Below the pieces are notes generated by a model. That model was not told where the DNA came from. It searched no databases and worked only from the letters and a program-made list of their open reading frames with translations. Shown one piece after another: positions 57,690-64,000 of a DNA stretch of 64,000 nucleotides. Numbering within the stretch: position 1 is the first letter of the stretch; every line of letters starts with the position of its first letter. The translations under genes were made by a program, and so were the position numbers. Source of the DNA: the human T2T-CHM13v2.0 reference genome, Homo sapiens; NCBI RefSeq assembly GCF_009914755.1, contig NC_060932.1, one strand, 5' to 3'.

Positions 57690-57880
57690 TAAGCACTTTG
57701 AGTGTTGATTCATGCCATTACTGAAACTACTAAAACCCCTTCACTTTTTTTTTTCAGATGAACACATTAATGCTTAAAAAATTTAAGTAGTTTGCCACTG
57801 ATTTCATGTCTGTTAATGGCAACTCTAGCTCTAGGTCTTCAAGGTTCACTTTGGACTAAATCCAGGTTCCCACATGCTGT
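57690..57880 (-). mobile_element. MIR
   Basis: ttttcagatgaacacattaatgctta...aagtagtttgcc...gttaatggca. Confidence 0.5.
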
Positions 57881-59604
57881 ACATTTCGCCCATGATTTTC
57901 TGTATTTTAAATAATTACTTACATTTTGTTTTAGCCTTAGTTTCCCAATCTCCCTCTTCCCCATACACTTCAATTGTAATTGAGTTGCAGACAGAACTAA
58001 ATCAATAGCTCCTGGAAACTGTAACCTCCACCTACCCATGTTAACAAGTTCTTTTCCTCTTGTCCACAACTGCAGGTAGTGATAAATGTGTAGTTCAATT
58101 GACTACTTTATATCCCCAGCTTAAATTCATAATGGAACTGTCAGTCAATAAGACAGTATTTGGTGGTCACATTCTAACTGAAAAATTTATTTCCTGACTG
58201 CCTGTCAGTATGTCCCAAAAGATAATGTTTTAAATCCTGAATGTGTGGTACATGTCTTTAATAGCATACGATTAGTAACCTAGTTAAAGATTTCTATAGT
58301 GATATTTTTCCCTCAAATAATCTAATATTTTTTATGACATGAATACTGATTCATAGCAACCAGGCTGTGTAGGAAATCACTTCCAATAAGTAGTCAAGGT
58401 GGTTGCCCCATTAAAGCACTTGCTATTTCTCAGAAAGCACAGAAGATAGGTTTTTAGGGTATGGAGGAAAGATTTTTAGAATTAAACCCAGAAAAAATAG
58501 CATTTCTGAATATCATTTACAATTATTAGAATAAATGAAGTTAAGCTGAAAAGGTTATTAACTTATCTTCCTGGGTTCTCAAGTGTAATGGAAAGGAGAC
58601 AACAGCCAAAGACACACAAAAAGAATTGTATCTGGCTTGCTTTGCCTACTGCTATGCTGCACATTTTGTATTTCAATTAAAATTTTTAATTAAGAAATTT
58701 CAACTGTTGTAAGTATGCTTAACAACTAACATATTCATATAACCTCTAAATGGAATAAGTCTCTGTTAAGAGGTAATAAACTTGGATATTAACATGATTC
58801 TGATCAAAAGATATGGAGATGTATTTAAATTGAAATTGGCATTATGTTAATGTAAAATGGTAACTCTCATCTAGTTTGGGGCTGTTTTAATCAGTATATT
58901 AAAATGCATTTTAATATTTCACTACTCTAAACCCATGGAAATAGGAGGCATTTCAAGCTTTGATAATATTCTTAACAATATTTTAATACATAAAAATTTA
59001 AAAATAACTTGTGATCTTCTTTGTCATTTGTAGTATCTGGAGCAAAGATTCATTGAGTGTAAAATATGTTTTAAAATGTTACACATTGATGCATTTTTGT
59101 AAGTTTTCATCTATATTGTGTCATCCTGACCTGTCTCTGACTAAGATGATCATATATTACAAGTACACTAAATTTTTCACTTGGTAACCTTATTCCAACC
59201 CTTGCCTCATCCATTAATTAATTCATTCATCAATTATTAATTTCAATCACTTAAATAACTCACAGTCTGGTTCAGAAGATAGACAGTTAGGTAATTAAAA
59301 TGCTGCAGTTACCTTTAGAAGAACCTGCCCATCCCATGGCTTCCTTCTCAGTAAAATGATCACCACTGACATGGAATGCTGAACCTGGCCACTGAAGCCT
59401 GGTTTTTCTAGGTGGATTACTCCTTCATGTACAGTCTTGAAGATAAGTGCCTCCTGATATTTTAAAAGATATTCTTGTGCCTCTTATGGGTACTGTATAA
59501 GCAGAACCTTGATTTAATTTCCAGATTGTTAACCTGTAGCAATTTTTATTACAGAAGAAAAAAGATTGAATTGTATTATAGTTTTAATATATTCATCAGC
59601 ATAT

Positions 59605-59666
59605 AAAAAACTTTCATATGTACTTCCTGAATCTAAAATAAAAGTTGAAATTATGCGGAAAAAAAA
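59605..59666 (+). mobile_element. Very short L1PB-like 3' terminus
   Basis: atgtacttcctgaatctaaaataaaagttgaaattat followed by an A run. Confidence 0.55.
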
Positions 59667-59754
59667 TGACAGGGTCACCAAGCAGGCAAGGGAGGAAAAG
59701 TCAAGGGAGGGAAGGAACAATACATTTAAAGGCACTGGGGGAATAAAAGCGCAT

Positions 59755-60215
59755 GTATGAGACTATCGGACATGACCATTAATGTGGGATCCTACAATGG
59801 ATCCTGGAACAGAAAAATGACATTTGTGGGCCGGGCATGGTGGCTCACGCCTATAATCCCAGCATTTTGGGGGGCCGAGGCAGGTGGATCACGAGGTCAG
59901 GAGATCGAGACCATCCTGGCTAACACAGTGAAACCCCGTCTCTACTGAAAAATATGAAAAATTATCTGGGCATGGTGGCGCGCGCCTCTAGTCCCAGCTA
60001 CTCGGGAGGCTGAGGCAGGAGAATGGCGTGAACCCGGGAGGCGGAGCTTGCAGTGAGCCTAGATTGCGCCACAGCACTCCAGCCTGGGCTACAGAATGAG
60101 ACTCCATCTCAAAAACAAAAACAAACAAACAAACAAACAACAAAAACAACAACAACAAAAAATGACATTTGTGGAAAACCTATTGTGAAATCCTAATGAA
60201 TTCTGTTTTAATAGT
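59755..60215 (+). mobile_element. L1ME 3' fragment split by AluY
   Basis: aatgtgggatcctacaatggatcctggaacagaaaaatgacatt|Alu|gtggaaaac...gtgaaatc. Confidence 0.55.
59829..60157 (+). mobile_element. AluY with (CAAA)n/(CAA)n tail
   Basis: AluY diagnostics; perfect 16-bp TSD aaaaatgacatttgtg (59813-59828 / 60158-60173). Confidence 0.96.
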
Positions 60216-60579
60216 ATATATGTATATACTCACACACTATTATATATTCTATATATTTATGTATATGTTTGTGTATTTATGTGTATGTTTCTGAAATAGA
60301 GTATGTGTGTGGCACACAGCTGACATATGCTCTATTTCAGAAACATATTTTTGAATAATTTTTTTAAAACAACATGTTTCCTTCTCTGACCTGGCTTTTG
60401 CCTTAACCCCTATTCCTCTTGTTCACTAGTTTAACTAGCAAAATATTAGAAGATCCTAATTTTCTTACACAGAGATTTCTTTTTAATAGAATATTGTTTT
60501 TCAGATAAATTGCCTTTCTTCCTAAGACACTACTAAAAAATACAGAAAAAATAATATAATTCCAAACTGATGCATATTT

Positions 60580-61245
60580 ACTGACAAAGCATGCTATTTG
60601 AATTCAGACAGAAGTACGTTTGAATTTCATACATATTATTTTGCTTCTGGTCACTTCTGAATTCCAGATTCCTCATCAGTAGAAATGATGAACTTACCTA
60701 ACTGACATCCTGTGAGGAATGAACCAAGTTATACACATGACTACACCTATCCAGTGCTCAGCACATGGTAGAATCTTAATAAATGAAAACATCTTTTCTC
60801 TTTCCATTTGTTACCTACTTGCTACTAGTCTCTAAATTCATGGCACATTTATTGAATAAATGATCCTGTATGTCCTTTTGGACACATTAGTTGACCTCAT
60901 TGCTCTCTGTTTCCTCACCTACTAAATAGAGAAATGGAATCAGATCTATTCTAAGTTTGCTTCTATCTCAAAAACTATTTTAAGAACAGGGATATAAATA
61001 AGATTCACTCAGAGAGAGAATATAACTAATGCCTTGGAATAAGAAATTTCTGGTTTTGAATATATAATTGATCACTTGCTAACTGTGGGACTTTGGATTA
61101 ATGGCTAATATTGTGAAGGCTCAGGTTTTTTCCTCAATAAAACAGAGATAATAATATTGTCTATCTTAGAAGTTTCACTTGAAGATTGGATGACATAATA
61201 TGAGGATTCAAGGGATTTTCAATAAATAATAGCAATTATGTGATG
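60580..61245 (+). mobile_element. Cluster of MIR fragments (about 60580-60790, 60860-60975, 61010-61245)
   Basis: ttcctcatcagtagaaatg, tgtttcctcacctactaaatagag, cacttgctaactgtgggactttgg, cagcacatggtagaatcttaataaatg. Confidence 0.55.
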
Positions 61246-61611
61246 TTAATATTATAATCATTATAATTTACCATTACCATGTTATCATTATCACATTACC
61301 ACTTTAATTTTGCAATAGAGAGGGTTGGAAAAAATTTAAGTTTACTGTAGCTTTAGCAAAATTATTGTCTAGGAAATTTACGTATTCTAATTTTTAGGAA
61401 CTGTGAACCATAAAGTAAATATTTAATTTTATTTGAATACTTAATTTGGGGCAATATTGATCTAAGAATATATTTAACCTTTTTATTTATTGAAGAATAC
61501 ATTGTTGAATATCTAAAATTTTCTAGACATGGAGCTACAGCAGTGGAGAGAAAAATTTTATCTTTGTCCTCATAGGGTTTACAGTCTAGCAGGAGAATTG
61601 GGTGATGTAAT

Positions 61612-62031
61612 CTTTATTAGTTAGCTTTTGCAATATGAAAGAATCCACTCTATGATTAGAGATTTAAGACAATAAACAGTTACTAGGTCTCATTATTCTA
61701 TGGATTAGCTAGGAAATTCTTTTTTTTGCTCTGGATTAATTTGGCTAGAGGTGGGGAAGATGAACTCACTGAAATATCTAGAAGTTTGATGGGGGCCTGT
61801 GTGGGCAATGAGATAACTTTACCAAGGGCCTGTGGTTAAACAACATAATTGCCTGGGCTCTTACACATTCTAGTGGTTGTAAAATTCCCATAAACAAAGA
61901 TAGAGCAAGCCCCAAGTGTCAGCAATTTGCAAATGCCTACTTGCATAATGTTTGTAATTACTTCATTAGCAAAGCAAATGACTGGGACAAACCCAGTGCC
62001 AGTATGGGGGTAGACCACTCAATCTATCACA
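61612..62031 (-). mobile_element. Old MaLR LTR (MLT1H-J-like)
   Basis: ttattagttagcttttgc, agagcaagcccca, cattagcaaagcaaatgactgggacaaaccc; ends caatctatcaca. Confidence 0.6.
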
Positions 62032-62063
62032 TGGCCTATTGACATGTGATTCAAAGCGGGTTC

Positions 62064-62089
62064 TGTTGTTGTTGTTGTTGTTGTTGTTG
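62064..62089 (+). repeat. (GTT)8 microsatellite
   Basis: Direct reading. Confidence 0.9.
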
Positions 62090-62820
62090 CTGTTTTTTGG
62101 AGGACGAGGAGAATGGACTAGAAGAGGCAATGTGAGCATAGAGGACACTTTGAAGCCCAATGTTCTGAGGTTGTTTAAGAAAAAGATAGCTACCTCCTCA
62201 TGGGTCTGGAGTGATGCAGAGTCATCAGGGCAGAGTTAGGTTTTAGTTTGAACAAGAAAGAGAGAGGGACTTTCCAAACAGATGAACAAAAACCTGCAGG
62301 GAATAGGAGATTTGGATAAGAATTGACAATAATTTCCTGAGGGTCTTGGGAGTTGAGGGGATATGCTAGATGAGATCAGATTAGGAGATTAGAGGCCAGG
62401 TAATCAGGGTAACCTGGATTTTCAGGTTCATTCCGGAGACCAGTGTATTCCTTGCTTAGGAGGTATCAAATGGAATGTTGTGTTTTTCCATACTTGGTTA
62501 CTTGGTTCTAAACAAATAAAGTTATTAAAGGACCAGAGAATTGAGTTATTTCAAGTTTGTCAGAAATTTAGTGGCCCTAACTGGAGGCTTTTTCATGACA
62601 AATAACAAATAGATGTTGTTGAGCCCAGCTGTGTGTAGATGTGTAGGCTGGTTTGTCTGATAGAGGTTAGTTTTTATTCCTTAACAAGCACAGCCACCAC
62701 AGACTCCTCACCTTTCTAGCACTTAAAAAGCTCACCCTTTCCCCCTCATTATCCTACTCAATGCCTTTCTTCTTCTAATGTGTGTTCACTTGATTGACAA
62801 GTAAGTAAACTCAGCATTGC

Positions 62821-63446
62821 TGAAAGGGCTCAATTTTCTGGAGTATAAACACTGGCTCTTGGTCTCAGTCGAGAAAGAATTCAGGACAGGGACACACATG
62901 AGGAGTGAGTTTAGGAGTGGAAAGTTTAATAGAAAAAGAAAAGATAGAGAAAAAGCTTCCTGATGCTGCGAAAGCAGGTGGCCCAAAACAGGGTCTCCAA
63001 TTTGCCAGGGAACACGATTGGTTTTGTACAGAGGCTTGAAGAGGTGGTGACTGATTTACATAGGGCTCAGGGGTTGACCAGGTGTGCTATTTACCTAGCC
63101 CTGGAAAAGACTGGCCCTCCCACCCTAGTCTTTTATTATGCAAATACGGCCTCCACCTGGCAGCAGCCATAATGCCTGCACAGGTTGTTTTACCTGGAGG
63201 CTGCCATGATACCTGTAAGGAAAAGAGGGCAGGAGATGGCATATTGAATGTACCTGGCTTCTAGGTACAGCTGCCAGTATTTACATATAAAAGCTCCTAC
63301 TTTGCATGTCTATGCCTGACTTCTCAGGCTGCTTTCTGTTTAGACAGGAAATGGTTTTGAGCTGCTTTTTATGAAAGGAAAATTCCACCGAGAACTTTCA
63401 CCCTTTCTAGCTGCCTAAAAATTATTTCTTAATAACTCTTGTATTA
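62821..63446 (-). mobile_element. ERV1 solo LTR, MER51-like
   Basis: Minus strand starts taatacaagagttattaagaaataatttttaggcag...aaaaagcagctc; gatttacatagggctcagg; ttattatgcaaat. Candidate 4-bp TSD ttgc/ttgt. Confidence 0.75.
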
Positions 63447-63460
63447 TTGTCTTTTTATTG

Positions 63461-64000
<540 letters not shown>

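Overview
AT-rich, CpG-depleted primate DNA (most likely human or great ape, given AluY and L1PA3-5 copies) with no recognisable host protein-coding exon, rRNA, tRNA or CRISPR array. It reads as intergenic DNA or deep intron dominated by transposable elements. These include a full-length but inactivated L1PA4/5 (45013-51153, perfect 16-bp TSD), several truncated L1PA/L1M copies, a decayed ERVL (MLT2/HERV-L-type) provirus (26864-33418) with nested AluS and LTR8, MaLR and ERV1 LTRs, six Alus, L2/MIR relics and microsatellites. All long ORFs in the track are TE-derived or spurious. I did not find a novel biological system. The most interesting signals concern genome dynamics: an apparent gene-conversion tract between two neighbouring L1s that share inactivating private mutations, several locally templated inverted insertions and hairpins, a provirus that appears to have lost both priming sites, and a 3'-truncated L1 facing the full-length L1 across a (TA)27 run. 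Subfamily names come from remembered consensus sequences and need RepeatMasker/Dfam confirmation. Boundaries of old repeats are approximate.
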